The notes beneath the pieces were generated by a model. That model ran no database searches. It saw only the letters and a program-made list of their open reading frames with translations, and was not told the DNA's origin. 64,000 nucleotides of DNA from positions 32,001 to 96,000 of the forward strand of contig CAWAKC010000002.1 of assembly GCA_963782525.1 (NCBI GenBank). Direction: 5' to 3'. A program made the position numbers and the translations under genes. Below, in pieces: positions 42,831 to 52,867 of the stretch. Position 1 is the stretch's first letter. Every line of letters begins with the position of its first letter. The DNA is from Candidatus Bathyarchaeota archaeon (GTDB taxonomy: Archaea; Thermoproteota; Bathyarchaeia; Bathyarchaeales; Bathycorpusculaceae).

Positions 42831-43622
42831 TTGGTAGCATCTAATTTGAGATCCACGTTATTGCGTCGGCGAGCGCCGCAAATAATTGCTGCATCAATAA
42901 TCATCATTATTGCTGTTTACGTTTCTTTTGAGTTTTTAGAGGATGTGTTTATCGAAGGTGCCCCCTTAACGAGTGGTCCCTTGGTTAGCGCCATCATATC
43001 CTTCACGGGCAACATAAAAGATACGGTATCGTCTTGGGGGTATCCTGGAATTTTTGGATTAATGATTCTTGAATCCAGTTCACTCCCAGTACCAAGCGAA
43101 GTAATACTTCCCTTCTCAGGCTATCTCGTTTCCACAGGGCAACTAAACTTTTTGGAAACTGTAATTGTGGCAACCGTTGCCGCTTTGGTAGGTTCATTGA
43201 TAGATTATTACATAGGATTGAAAGGAATTGAAGCGTTAACGAAGCGCAAGGTGTTAGGAAGGGCATTGTTATCTATGGATCAACTGACTTATGCGGGAAA
43301 ATGGTTCAGCAAATATGGTTCTGCAGCCATTCTTCTTGGGCGTTTAATCCCTGGAATTAGGACTTTGATATCGTTTCCAGCGGGAGCAGCAAAGATGCCC
43401 CTAACAAAGTTTCTGGTGTATACCACTGCAGGATGTGTGTTGTGGAACAGCATTTTGATTTACGTGGGCTATTACTTAGGGAAAAATTGGGCAGAAGTAG
43501 CAAGCGTTTCCCATTACATACTCATCGCCGTTATAGGTGCATTGGCAATCGTAATTGTTGGTTACTTGGTTAGGCGAAGAAGAAAAATAATGGAGCAGAG
43601 TAAAGTAAAGAAAACTAATTGA
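42831..43622 (+). CDS. DedA family membrane protein
   Basis: LESSSLPVPSEVILPFSG, GRLIPGIRTLISFPAG. Confidence 0.92.
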   Translation: MVASNLRSTLLRRRAPQIIAASIIIIIAVYVSFEFLEDVFIEGAPLTSGPLVSAIISFTGNIKDTVSSWGYPGIFGLMILESSSLPVPSEVILPFSGYLVSTGQLNFLETVIVATVAALVGSLIDYYIGLKGIEALTKRKVLGRALLSMDQLTYAGKWFSKYGSAAILLGRLIPGIRTLISFPAGAAKMPLTKFLVYTTAGCVLWNSILIYVGYYLGKNWAEVASVSHYILIAVIGALAIVIVGYLVRRRRKIMEQSKVKKTN

Positions 43623-44640
43623 TTATGTCTACCTTCGGCTTGATTTCGCCTTCGATGCTGAGGATTTTTGCCTCTTTAACCTGCACCATGCAGTCAACTT
43701 CTGCAGCTTCATTTAATTTTTGGTAGTCAACCGATTGCAAAAATGCTGCATCGATTGAAACAGGCGAGTTAGAAGCAAAAATGCCCACGTCTTTCATGAT
43801 GATTTCACCGGGGTTAGGTAAGCAGTCGCAGTATTGAGCGATGTCTTTGGCGAAACTTACATAGGACACTTTGTTGGGTTTGAAGGTTGATAGGACGCCG
43901 TAAGCGGCTGATGCTAAGGCTTTGCTGAGGTTTTCTTTATCAACGAAGCGTATGGCTTCCATGGGGCAGGCTCCGATGCATATTGGGCAACGCATGCATT
44001 GAGTTGAGGTGTTGTGTGCTTTTCCTTCGATGATTTCAGGTATCTGAGTTGGACAGGCTTCTTTGCATTTTCCGCACCCCACACATTTTGAAGCATTTAT
44101 TTCTAACCCAATAGTTCTATGTTGCCTAATCTTGCCAGCGCTTGGCGTGCAACCCATACCCAAATTCTTTATTGCGCCACCGAACCCGCTGAGTTCATGC
44201 CCTTTGCAATGCGAAACCACAACCATGGCATCTGCCTGTGATATGGCGCCTGAAACTTCAATTTCCTGCAAGATACCTAAGGTTTTTACTAGTTGGAAGT
44301 TTTCGCCTCTGAGTCCATCTGCCACGATAAAAGGCGCCATGTTGTACCCATTTATCAATGCGGTTTTCATGTGGTCGTAGGCGTTGTTTCGTTGGGCGTG
44401 GTAAGCGGTGTTGGAGTCTGTGAGGAAGGGTTTGCCTCCTACCTCTTTAATTCTGTGGATTATTTCATGAACAAAGCAGGGTTGTACATAGTAGGGGTTG
44501 CCTAATTCGCCAACATGCAGTTTAACTGCGACAAGGTCACCTTTCTGTATGCCGTCAAAGGTTCCTGCCTGGTCGTAGAGTCGATTCGTTTCTTCCAGCA
44601 AGTTACGGCTGGTATCCCATGGAACTAAATGAACAGTCAA
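43615..44640 (-). CDS. DUF362 family Fe-S protein with 2x[4Fe-4S] ferredoxin domain
   Basis: VKLHVGE, SHCKGH, GGAIKNLGMG, CVGCGKCKEACP, CMRCPICIGACP. Confidence 0.9.
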   Translation of the reverse strand: MTVHLVPWDTSRNLLEETNRLYDQAGTFDGIQKGDLVAVKLHVGELGNPYYVQPCFVHEIIHRIKEVGGKPFLTDSNTAYHAQRNNAYDHMKTALINGYNMAPFIVADGLRGENFQLVKTLGILQEIEVSGAISQADAMVVVSHCKGHELSGFGGAIKNLGMGCTPSAGKIRQHRTIGLEINASKCVGCGKCKEACPTQIPEIIEGKAHNTSTQCMRCPICIGACPMEAIRFVDKENLSKALASAAYGVLSTFKPNKVSYVSFAKDIAQYCDCLPNPGEIIMKDVGIFASNSPVSIDAAFLQSVDYQKLNEAAEVDCMVQVKEAKILSIEGEIKPKVDIIN

Positions 44641-44758
44641 TGCTAATCTCTCCTACATTTTAGATCATTAAAGCTTCTATAAAACTTAGCTTTGTATGAA
44701 TTCGAGTTATAATATTACTTTAGTATTAACCCGACATCACGTGAAAATTGGAAGCAAA

Positions 44759-45007
44759 CTATGGTTTGCTTGCCTCTTCAAATACCTGGGAAATTAAATA
44801 ATTGCCTATGCGTTCTGCTTCAGCTTGAGAAGCTTTCGGGTCGGCTACTTTTTGTTTGTGCTCTTCCATGTGTGCTTCGATTGCGTCGCTCATTACCTTA
44901 GCATCGGGGATTAACATTATTTCAAACCCACAAACACATCTAATTATTATAGAATCGTTTTTGCAGACAAATCTCTTTTTTGGAAGGTCAGAAGGCATTG
45001 TTCTCAA
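44759..45007 (-). CDS. CxC/HxxxH zinc-finger small protein (copy 5)
   Basis: IRCVCGFEIMLIPDAKVMSDAIEAHMEEH. Confidence 0.8.
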   Translation of the reverse strand: MRTMPSDLPKKRFVCKNDSIIIRCVCGFEIMLIPDAKVMSDAIEAHMEEHKQKVADPKASQAEAERIGNYLISQVFEEASKP

Positions 45008-45119
45008 CAGTTAGCTACTCCTATCAGGATAATTTAAGGGGTATTTCCAAAATCTAACTAATCTTTTTTCGAATATGTTACCAAAAAGGAACTCCAAAGA
45101 AAAGAGGTTTAACTTTCAG

Positions 45120-45371
45120 TTAATATTGTTTTCCAGTGGCAAGCTTTTTCTGAATTTCCGCAGCTTGAATTTCGTCGTCAGCTAATATGTTAATCCATAG
45201 TTCGAACTCTGCTTTTGATATTTCCTTCTGTATGATTCCCTGTTGGTCTCCAGAGAAAAATCTTGATGGACCAGACGTTAACATTTTAGTGTAGAATATT
45301 CTGTCTGCTATGGTTATTTTGGATGAGCAGCCAATTCGTTCGCCTTCACTGTAATCGATTTCGTAGCCCAC
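45120..45371 (-). CDS. Hypothetical protein
   Basis: 83-aa ORF with GAGGT upstream. Confidence 0.65.
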   Translation of the reverse strand: MGYEIDYSEGERIGCSSKITIADRIFYTKMLTSGPSRFFSGDQQGIIQKEISKAEFELWINILADDEIQAAEIQKKLATGKQY

Positions 45372-45453
45372 TTATGAGACCTCTATTAATGCGTCAGTTT
45401 ACGATAAATTAAAATTTTCTGATAAAACCCGAAAGTTATGCTTGGCAGTTTTA

Positions 45454-47067
45454 TCAATTTTTATCTGTTTCTTTTTTGCTGGGTTTTTTCCGCTTAACGA
45501 GCAAGTAACCTCCAGCTAAAACAATAGTGACTATTGCTATTACGGCAACTAATAATACAATTGGAAATGGCGCGATGTTGAATGCAACTGATTTCTGTCC
45601 TGAATTACCCACCTCGTCAGTGGCATACACTTTCAAGGTGTGAGATCCATTTGCTAACGCTGCCAAAGTTACGTTTCCAGCAATCGCTTGTTTCTCTTGT
45701 CCATCCAAACTGTAAGCTAAGTAAGTCACATTTTCGTTTACGGAGAAGGTTAGCTGGATATCGGTTGAATCATAGGATTGATTTTGCGGAAGCAAGATGT
45801 CAATGATTGGTGGAAGAGTGTCGATGGAAAAGAAAACTGTGTTTGAAAAACCCATGTTTCCTAAGCTGTCGTTTGCATAGATTGTTATGTTGTGAGCTCC
45901 TTGAGAGAGTCCTGAAAGCGTAGTTTCTGTCGTTAGGGTTATGTTCGTGTGGTTGTCTAAACTGTAACCCATCCATTGCGTGCCCCTGTTAACCGTAAAA
46001 TCCAATGTCACATTTGCATAAGTTTTGTTTTCTGGGGAGGTGATCTGCACTTTCGGCGCAACAGTTCCGTACCCAACTGGTTTGTACTCTTCGTTAATAT
46101 TAAGCCAGTTTGTTCCATCAAACCCGCCGATGCAATATAAAACATCACTCACCACTGCTATCCCAAGGTATGCTCTGGGCGTAGGCATCGTATCCACTGT
46201 ACTCCAGGAATTATTCTCAAAACTAAACGCCTGGGTTAACCCGCTCAATAAGCCGCCATAATAACCGCCTACACGATAAATTCTGGGTGGCGCCATAATA
46301 CCTTCTGTTAACGCAGCTGCTCCATAACTGTTAACGTTGGGCAAATTTGTTGCTAAACTCCAATTGCCCGTTTGAGTATCAAACATTTGATTAGCTGCAG
46401 TCGACGGTCCATTTCCAAGTAGAATGGATCTCAATGCACCCCCAATGATGTAGATTTTGGTATCAACGACAACAGAGGCGTAGCCCGAAACAGCCGTTGG
46501 AATCGGCTTGCTTAAACTCCAACTATCTTTGATTGGGTCATAAACTTCGTTGAGGCTTGTTTCGTTGAAGAAAGGATCTGCGCTCGAATATTTTTTTCCT
46601 CCTATAAGGTAAATTTTATCGTTAACTACGCTTCCACTCAAGTCGGCTCTCGGAGTAGGCATCGATGCTTTTGGCTCCCAAGTGTTGCTTACGGGATCAT
46701 AGACTTCGTTGTTTCCAACAAAACCGTTGCCAACTGTTCCGCCTATAACGTAAATTTTGCCATCATAAACCGCAATGGCGGAGCCACTTCGCGGGGTAGG
46801 CATAGGCGTCATGTTCGTCCACGTGTCAGTTTGAGGATTATACTCTTCATTCGTATTGAGGGGTAAGCCTGCTCCGTTTAAGCCTCCAATTGCAAATATT
46901 TTTCCGTTGACGGCTGCAACACCAAATTCTCCACGGGCAGTAGGCATAGGTGTAATTGTGCTCCAGCCACTTGAACTGTTAGCAGCTGCAGCTGGGTAAA
47001 CATTGATCGCTGGTAGAACTGCAGCTCCAATAAGTAGGATGATTAGGATTTGAGTGCGTTTGTTTAT
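45454..47067 (-). CDS. Membrane-anchored Kelch-repeat protein with Ig-like domains
   Basis: Repeated MPTPR...IY.IGG Kelch blades, YSLD Ig-like domains and a C-terminal TM; the frame extends 40 codons upstream of ATG 46947 through a signal peptide. Confidence 0.88.
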   Translation of the reverse strand: MNKRTQILIILLIGAAVLPAINVYPAAAANSSSGWSTITPMPTARGEFGVAAVNGKIFAIGGLNGAGLPLNTNEEYNPQTDTWTNMTPMPTPRSGSAIAVYDGKIYVIGGTVGNGFVGNNEVYDPVSNTWEPKASMPTPRADLSGSVVNDKIYLIGGKKYSSADPFFNETSLNEVYDPIKDSWSLSKPIPTAVSGYASVVVDTKIYIIGGALRSILLGNGPSTAANQMFDTQTGNWSLATNLPNVNSYGAAALTEGIMAPPRIYRVGGYYGGLLSGLTQAFSFENNSWSTVDTMPTPRAYLGIAVVSDVLYCIGGFDGTNWLNINEEYKPVGYGTVAPKVQITSPENKTYANVTLDFTVNRGTQWMGYSLDNHTNITLTTETTLSGLSQGAHNITIYANDSLGNMGFSNTVFFSIDTLPPIIDILLPQNQSYDSTDIQLTFSVNENVTYLAYSLDGQEKQAIAGNVTLAALANGSHTLKVYATDEVGNSGQKSVAFNIAPFPIVLLVAVIAIVTIVLAGGYLLVKRKKPSKKETDKN

Positions 47068-47239
47068 CTGTTTACCCCCGCGTTGTCTTCAGTATAAAAT
47101 ATCACATTATGCTTATAATATTAAAGGGTACCAGCCAACTAGAACTTGAAGTTATAAGAGCAGTTAGGCAAAATCTTGATTTGCTATGTGCAGAAAAGCT
47201 TAAGCCTACTAAAACAATAATTTCTATGAGGATTAATGC

Positions 47240-47694
47240 TTGATTGGAAAGATTTTGGTAGCGGTGGATGGCTCAGAAAATTCTAACAGGGGTTTGGATT
47301 TTGCGTTGGATTTAGCAGAAAAATTCGGCAGCGTCGTTACGGTTTTGAATGTTAGTGAGACGCCCGCGATGGGTGCGGTGCCAATGGAGAGCCTACAGCT
47401 GTTTCAGGCGAAAGTATGGTTGTGTTTGGTAGAGACCTGAAGAGGATTCATGAAGAAATCCTCAACAAAGTGGTTGCTCAAGCCAAAACAGTTAAGCCCA
47501 ATGTGGCAGTTTTGTCGGTGTTGCGTGAGGGGGATCCTGCGTTGGAGATTGTGAATATCGCTAAAGAGGAGGGTTTTGATTTGGTTGTGGTTGGTCATAA
47601 GGGTGCGGGGCGGGTGAAGGAGTTCTTTGGGTTGGGTGGTATTAGCGAGAAGGTGGCTCATTTGGCTCCTTGCTCGGTCGTAATTATCAGATAA
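47240..47694 (+). CDS. Universal stress protein (frameshift ~47390)
   Basis: KILVAVDGSENS...; EGDPA...DLVVVGHKG...GGISEKVAHLAPCSV. Confidence 0.9.
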
Positions 47695-47755
47695 TTCTTA
47701 TTTTTCAGAAAAGCATAAATGTTCTTACAAATACTCACTTTTCAGTGAAAAACAC

Positions 47756-48025
47756 ATGACTACCAAAGACTGTTGTAACAAAGAATGCTGCAAAATCGCT
47801 GCCGTTGTCACAGTTGATGCCAAAGGACAAATCGTACTTCCCAAAGATCTCAGAGAAAAAGCAAAAATAAAACCCAACGACAAACTCGCCGTCATAGGAT
47901 TCCAACGCGACAGCGAAGTATGCTGCATCGTAATGTTAAAAGTCGATGCACTTGAAGACACCATCAAAAATCTGTTAGGGCCAGTTTTTAAGAATGTGTT
48001 TCAACCGGAAGTGGAAAAAGTATGA
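47756..48025 (+). CDS. Cys-rich AbrB/SpoVT-family regulator (HgcC-like)
   Basis: CCNKECC then VTVDAKGQIVLPKDLREKAKIKPNDKL and a second CC. Confidence 0.8.
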   Translation: MTTKDCCNKECCKIAAVVTVDAKGQIVLPKDLREKAKIKPNDKLAVIGFQRDSEVCCIVMLKVDALEDTIKNLLGPVFKNVFQPEVEKV

Positions 48026-48819
48026 AAGAAGAAAAAGTACACAAAGTAGTAAGAAAACGGTATGGTAAAATAGCTAAAACAAAAGCCCAGGCCTGCGGCT
48101 GCGGCTGCACATCAACCAGCCAGCAAATAGGCTACAGCAAGAACGAATTATCCTCAGTTCCAGCGGGCGCTGATTTAAACCTTGGATGTGGAAACCCAAT
48201 TGCCCTCGCATCGCTCAAAGAAGGCGAAACCGTTATTGACCTGGGTTCAGGCGGCGGTTTAGACTGTTTTTTAGCCGCGAGAAAAGTTGGTGCAAAAGGC
48301 AAAGTTATCGGCATAGATATGACGGCCGAGATGCTTGAGCGTGCAAGAGCCAACGCCAAGAAAGGCCGCTACCAAAACGTCGAGTTCCGCTTGGGCGAAA
48401 TCGAGAACATGCCAGTTGCCGACAACACCGCCGACATCATAATCAGCAACTGCGTCGTAAACCTCTCACCAGACAAACAACGTGTTTTCAACGAAGCATA
48501 CCGCGTACTAAAAGCAAACGGGCGATTGATGATTTCCGACATGGTTCTACTCAAAGAGTTGCCAGAGAGAGTGAAGAGTAGCGTTTTGGCGTATGTTGGT
48601 TGCGTTGCAGGTGCAGACTTAAAAGAGGATTACCTTGGAAAAATCAAGCAAGCTGGGTTTAGAAACGTTGAGGTAGTGGCTGAAAACCATATGCCCGAAC
48701 TGTTCCTTGACGAGCCAGACGTAAAGGCGTTCGTAGAAGAGCAAAAGATGACGAAGAAAGAAATTTCTGAGATTTCAGATGCCGTCGTAAGCATCAAGGT
48801 TTCAGCAAAAAAACCCTAA
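48022..48819 (+). CDS. arsM: Arsenite S-adenosylmethionine methyltransferase
   Basis: LGCGNP, DLGSGGGLD, SNCVVNL, YVGCVAGA conserved cysteines. Confidence 0.92.
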   Translation: MKEEKVHKVVRKRYGKIAKTKAQACGCGCTSTSQQIGYSKNELSSVPAGADLNLGCGNPIALASLKEGETVIDLGSGGGLDCFLAARKVGAKGKVIGIDMTAEMLERARANAKKGRYQNVEFRLGEIENMPVADNTADIIISNCVVNLSPDKQRVFNEAYRVLKANGRLMISDMVLLKELPERVKSSVLAYVGCVAGADLKEDYLGKIKQAGFRNVEVVAENHMPELFLDEPDVKAFVEEQKMTKKEISEISDAVVSIKVSAKKP

Positions 48820-48831
48820 CCTTTTCTTTTG

Positions 48832-49173
48832 TTATTTTATAGATGCCAATTCAAGTTTGGTTGGCTTAGAGCCCGATGTCTTCATAGCTTGCAATGCTCT
48901 TAGCCGGTCTATGTCTTCCATAGCCATTTCGGTTAATTGATTTTCAAGTTCAGGGGTAAGCTCGGCTTTGTATACTTTGATGGCAGCTTGGTAGATTTTA
49001 GCTTTTTTTATTTTGCATACATCGATTTTTTCGTCGGCATCAAGGCATAATGGGTGGCCGGATTCCATGTCAACTGCATCCACATGTCGTTCTTGAATGC
49101 TAACTCTATTAATTCGAATCCTTTTTTGTAGAGTTTCAACATATTTCCAGTCAGGTTTAAGCATGCTGATCAA
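48832..49173 (-). CDS. Hypothetical protein
   Basis: 113-aa ORF in a dense gene region. Confidence 0.6.
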   Translation of the reverse strand: MISMLKPDWKYVETLQKRIRINRVSIQERHVDAVDMESGHPLCLDADEKIDVCKIKKAKIYQAAIKVYKAELTPELENQLTEMAMEDIDRLRALQAMKTSGSKPTKLELASIK

Positions 49174-49296
49174 ATAATGATATTTGCTGGGCTTGCATTT
49201 TACCTTAACGGGGCGACCAAAAACTGCTGGCAGAAATACTTAATTGCCGCTTTAACGCTAACAGAATTAACCAAAATTTTCGTTTAACCAAAATCG

Positions 49297-50325
49297 ATGG
49301 CGGGTACTGTGCAGAGCGAATATGCAATCCAAACCTTCAACTTGACAAAGACGTACAAGTCAAAAACCCCGAACAGCGGCATCTTTAATCGCAAAACCAT
49401 TTCCGTCAACGCTATCGACGACCTAAACCTTGACATAAAAAAAGGCGAGTTATTCGGTTTGCTCGGTCCCAACGGGGCAGGCAAAACCACATTGGTAAAG
49501 ATTCTTTGCACTTTGCTACCGCCAGACCGAGGTTCAGCTTTAGTAAACGGTTTTGATGTTGCCAAGCAGCAAATGAAGGTGAAGCAGTCTATTGGTACCC
49601 TCTTCAGTGTGGGTGAACGCGGATTTTTCTGGAGGCTCAGCGGCTACCGCAACTTGGAGTTTTTCGCAGCTATAAACAATGTTCCCCGAAGCAGCAGGCA
49701 TCAGCGAATTATGGATGTTCTGGAGCTGGTTGGGCTACATGACAAGGCGGATGTGTTTTTCCAAAAGTATTCGGGCGGCATGAAAAGAAAGCTGGCTTTG
49801 GCTAGGGCGTTGTTGGCTGATCCGCCGATTCTGCTTTTAGACGAGCCGACCACAGGGTTAGATGTTACTTCTTCTAGGAACATTCGGGACTTTATAAAAA
49901 ACGACCTTAGCAAAAAACACGGCAAAACAGTCCTCTACACTACTCATTATATCGAGGAGGTTTCTCAGATGTGCGACCGCGTAGGGATCATGAACAAGGG
50001 CAAAATCGTAGCTTTAGATACACCCAACGCACTAAAGGGCATGACAAAGAAAGGCGAAGTCGCAGACATTGTTGTAAGAAACATGTCTGAAGCACAGGTT
50101 AACACGCTGCGGGGTTTAGAGGGCGTTTCAGGTTTTGCTGCTGAAGTGCAGGATTCAGTTCTTGGGCAACGTCGTCTGCGAGTGCGTTTAGAGAATGTGA
50201 ACGCGCTGCCGATGTTGCTGGATTTCTTTTTCAGCGAGAAAATCAAGCTGGTGAACTTCCGGCAGGAGGAGCCGACGTTGGAGGATGCTTTTATCGAATT
50301 AACTGGGGCAGGTGAAGGGGCATGA
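49297..50325 (+). CDS. ABC transporter ATP-binding protein (DrrA-like)
   Basis: GPNGAGKT, YSGGMKRK, LLLDEPT, TTH. Confidence 0.95.
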   Translation: MAGTVQSEYAIQTFNLTKTYKSKTPNSGIFNRKTISVNAIDDLNLDIKKGELFGLLGPNGAGKTTLVKILCTLLPPDRGSALVNGFDVAKQQMKVKQSIGTLFSVGERGFFWRLSGYRNLEFFAAINNVPRSSRHQRIMDVLELVGLHDKADVFFQKYSGGMKRKLALARALLADPPILLLDEPTTGLDVTSSRNIRDFIKNDLSKKHGKTVLYTTHYIEEVSQMCDRVGIMNKGKIVALDTPNALKGMTKKGEVADIVVRNMSEAQVNTLRGLEGVSGFAAEVQDSVLGQRRLRVRLENVNALPMLLDFFFSEKIKLVNFRQEEPTLEDAFIELTGAGEGA

Positions 50326-51116
50326 ACTTGCCGCAGGAACTTGATAAAATCTACTACTTCATGAAGCGAGATATCATCTCGTTTTCAACGTACAAAACAA
50401 ACATTTTGCTCAGCGTCGTCAGCGCTCTTTTCGGAGCGTTATCGTACGCATTTTGGGGAGCTAACGCCTCCATGCCTAGCGTTGCAAACCTTGGCATGCC
50501 AGTTGTGACTTACCTTTTGATTGGGCTTGCCTTCAACACTTACCTCTCGCAGAGCCTTACGCTTGTTCAGCGGACAATTAACCCGTGGAGTCTGGAGGAA
50601 GTATTGGTTTCCCCCACTGGGTTAGTAACCTTCATCGTGGGCAGTTCGCTTTGGGGATTTATTTGGAGCACACTTGTCATCGTTATTTATTTGGCGGTTG
50701 GCGTTTTTGCCTTCGGCGTTATACTGAGCGTCAACATCATAGGAACCATCATAGTAGTGGCATTGGGCATTGGAACATTCATTGGGTTCAGCATGATTGG
50801 TGCAGGCGTCTTGATTTTAACCAAACAAGGCGACCCCGTTACCACAATCATCACGTTAGCCACCAACTTGTTTGGAAACGTTCTATTCCCAATCACCGTA
50901 ATGCCGCTTCCCCTTCAAATAATCAGTTTCCTCGTTCCACAGTACTACTTCTTCACCTGCATTCGACCCATGCTAACCGGTCAAGCAATAGGAACAATTC
51001 TTCCAGACCTTGCCATTTTGGGTTTAATGTGTGCCATAATTCTCCCCGTCGGGTACTTAGCCTACTCATGGTGCCTAAAAACCGCACGCAAAAACGGAAC
51101 CCTCTCATGGTTCTAA
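50322..51116 (+). CDS. ABC-2 type permease
   Basis: Multi-TM protein overlapping the ATPase stop. Confidence 0.88.
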   Translation: MNLPQELDKIYYFMKRDIISFSTYKTNILLSVVSALFGALSYAFWGANASMPSVANLGMPVVTYLLIGLAFNTYLSQSLTLVQRTINPWSLEEVLVSPTGLVTFIVGSSLWGFIWSTLVIVIYLAVGVFAFGVILSVNIIGTIIVVALGIGTFIGFSMIGAGVLILTKQGDPVTTIITLATNLFGNVLFPITVMPLPLQIISFLVPQYYFFTCIRPMLTGQAIGTILPDLAILGLMCAIILPVGYLAYSWCLKTARKNGTLSWF

Positions 51117-51121
51117 ACTTT

Positions 51122-52867
51122 CTATTCTGCGTTTTTCTGATTTATCTTTTCTTCTAAAACTCCCTTGAAATTAACTTCGAAGGCGGCTGCTGGATTCTCA
51201 AGTTTCCATGCTTCAAGCACCAAGGGGCTAACTTCACCGACAACACCCAATTCGACACCACCAACGATGACTGCGCCAACTCTTCCTTCAATAAAGCTAA
51301 GATGATTGGTCTCCTTTATTTGCCAATCAACCCCGAAATTAGCCATTAACGAGTCTAAAGCAGACTTGATTTCGCTGAAATTAGCGTTCACATGAGTCGT
51401 TACCGATGCAAGCCAATCTTCGTCTCGCGTTCGGGTTTCTTTGGTTTCATCAGGCAATGTTACTTTGCCCAATTCGAAGATTCTTTGGGGAAACTCGACG
51501 GATTGGTTAACGCTGAGGAACTCTATAAGGCTGGGCAGGAGCCAGTTGCGTAGACAAGTCATGGTTACTATTTTGGGGTTGGATAACTCTACAATTTTGG
51601 TTGGTTCTAAATTCATTTTTTTGAAAAGGGTTTCTTGGTTTGTTAATGTTGTGCTGAGGGTTTCTTGGTAGCCTAAACCAATCATTAGTTCGCGTACGAT
51701 GTCGATGTATCGTTGGTCAGGTTTTGCTCTTCCTGTAGTTGGGAGTTCACGCCAAGTTGGTTTAATGTTATTGTACCCGTAGGCGATGGCAACATCTTCG
51801 ATTATGTCAACCTGATGCATAACATCAACTCGGTAACATGGAACAAGCACGGTCAAGCAGTCACCCTCAACTTTTTCCACACCAAGCCCAGCAGTAAGCA
51901 GCAAATCAGAAATCTTCTCAGATGTCAAATTCAAGCCCAAAAGACGGTTTGTATCCTGAACGCTTAGGTTGAAGCGTTTATTGTCAAAGTTTGGGGTAAC
52001 AACTGTGCCCTCTTTGTACTGGTTGTTTTCTGGGTAATTGATGTTGGCGCTGAAGGCTTTGCCTCCGCGGTCAATCAACGCCAACGTAACCAAGTTAAGC
52101 GTGTTTAAAACCGTCTTATGCAGCGTTCCCGTCACTTCAATGAGGAGGTTGCGTGATTCCTCGGTGATTTTTCCTAAATCGTTCGAGTTGATGATTGGGG
52201 GGAACGAGAGCACTTTGCCTTCGCTGTCAAATAGCATCGGGTAGAGCTGATTCTTTTTTGTTATGTGCCCGTATTCGACGCCTTTTGGGTGGCGTTCAAG
52301 AATTTCGTTTAAATCCATTTTCTCATTGAAGCCTAAGGGAACAAACTTTACCTCGCTTGGAAAAACCGCGGTATATTCAATTGGTGGCTTAATCAGGTCA
52401 AGATTGTAGATGCCTATGGAGGTTTTTTGGCGGCTTCGACCGTTGGTTTGGTCAAGTTTATCCTGCAAGTGCATTATGCCCTTGATGACGTTGTCAGTGA
52501 GGTGGATGTCTTTGATTACTGAACAGCAAATGTATGGGCGGATGTTGATTAAAAGTGGGTTAACGTTGACTTCGAGAGCTGATTTACCAACAGCGTAGTT
52601 GCGCGGTCCTTTTTCTAAGCCCAGATAGCAACGTAAGCCTCTTGCTAAACCTTCAGCACTCCAAAGGTCCGCACGCGCAGTATCCTTCATTTCCACGTTA
52701 AGAGCCATGTCAGTTTGATTGTAACCTTTGACCTCAGCCTTAACTAAAGACAAAGTATCGTCTAATGCTTCAACTTGTAAATTCTGTGGGTTTCCAAATA
52801 GTGCACGGCATGTGCGTCTATCAATCAGTTCTTCTAGTGCTTGGTAGTCTACGTCGATTGTCGGCAT
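51122..52867 (-). CDS. pheT: Phenylalanine--tRNA ligase beta subunit
   Basis: MPTI, RADLWSAEG, SFPPIINS, YRVDVMHQVDIIEDVAIAYGY. Confidence 0.96.
   Translation of the reverse strand: MPTIDVDYQALEELIDRRTCRALFGNPQNLQVEALDDTLSLVKAEVKGYNQTDMALNVEMKDTARADLWSAEGLARGLRCYLGLEKGPRNYAVGKSALEVNVNPLLINIRPYICCSVIKDIHLTDNVIKGIMHLQDKLDQTNGRSRQKTSIGIYNLDLIKPPIEYTAVFPSEVKFVPLGFNEKMDLNEILERHPKGVEYGHITKKNQLYPMLFDSEGKVLSFPPIINSNDLGKITEESRNLLIEVTGTLHKTVLNTLNLVTLALIDRGGKAFSANINYPENNQYKEGTVVTPNFDNKRFNLSVQDTNRLLGLNLTSEKISDLLLTAGLGVEKVEGDCLTVLVPCYRVDVMHQVDIIEDVAIAYGYNNIKPTWRELPTTGRAKPDQRYIDIVRELMIGLGYQETLSTTLTNQETLFKKMNLEPTKIVELSNPKIVTMTCLRNWLLPSLIEFLSVNQSVEFPQRIFELGKVTLPDETKETRTRDEDWLASVTTHVNANFSEIKSALDSLMANFGVDWQIKETNHLSFIEGRVGAVIVGGVELGVVGEVSPLVLEAWKLENPAAAFEVNFKGVLEEKINQKNAE

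Noticed and set aside
50585-51157. 190-aa alternative-frame ORF within the ABC permease, and similar shadow ORFs (e.g. 59155-59745, 57671-58051, 56015-56383)
   Set aside because: They overlap well-supported genes and show no protein-like motifs.
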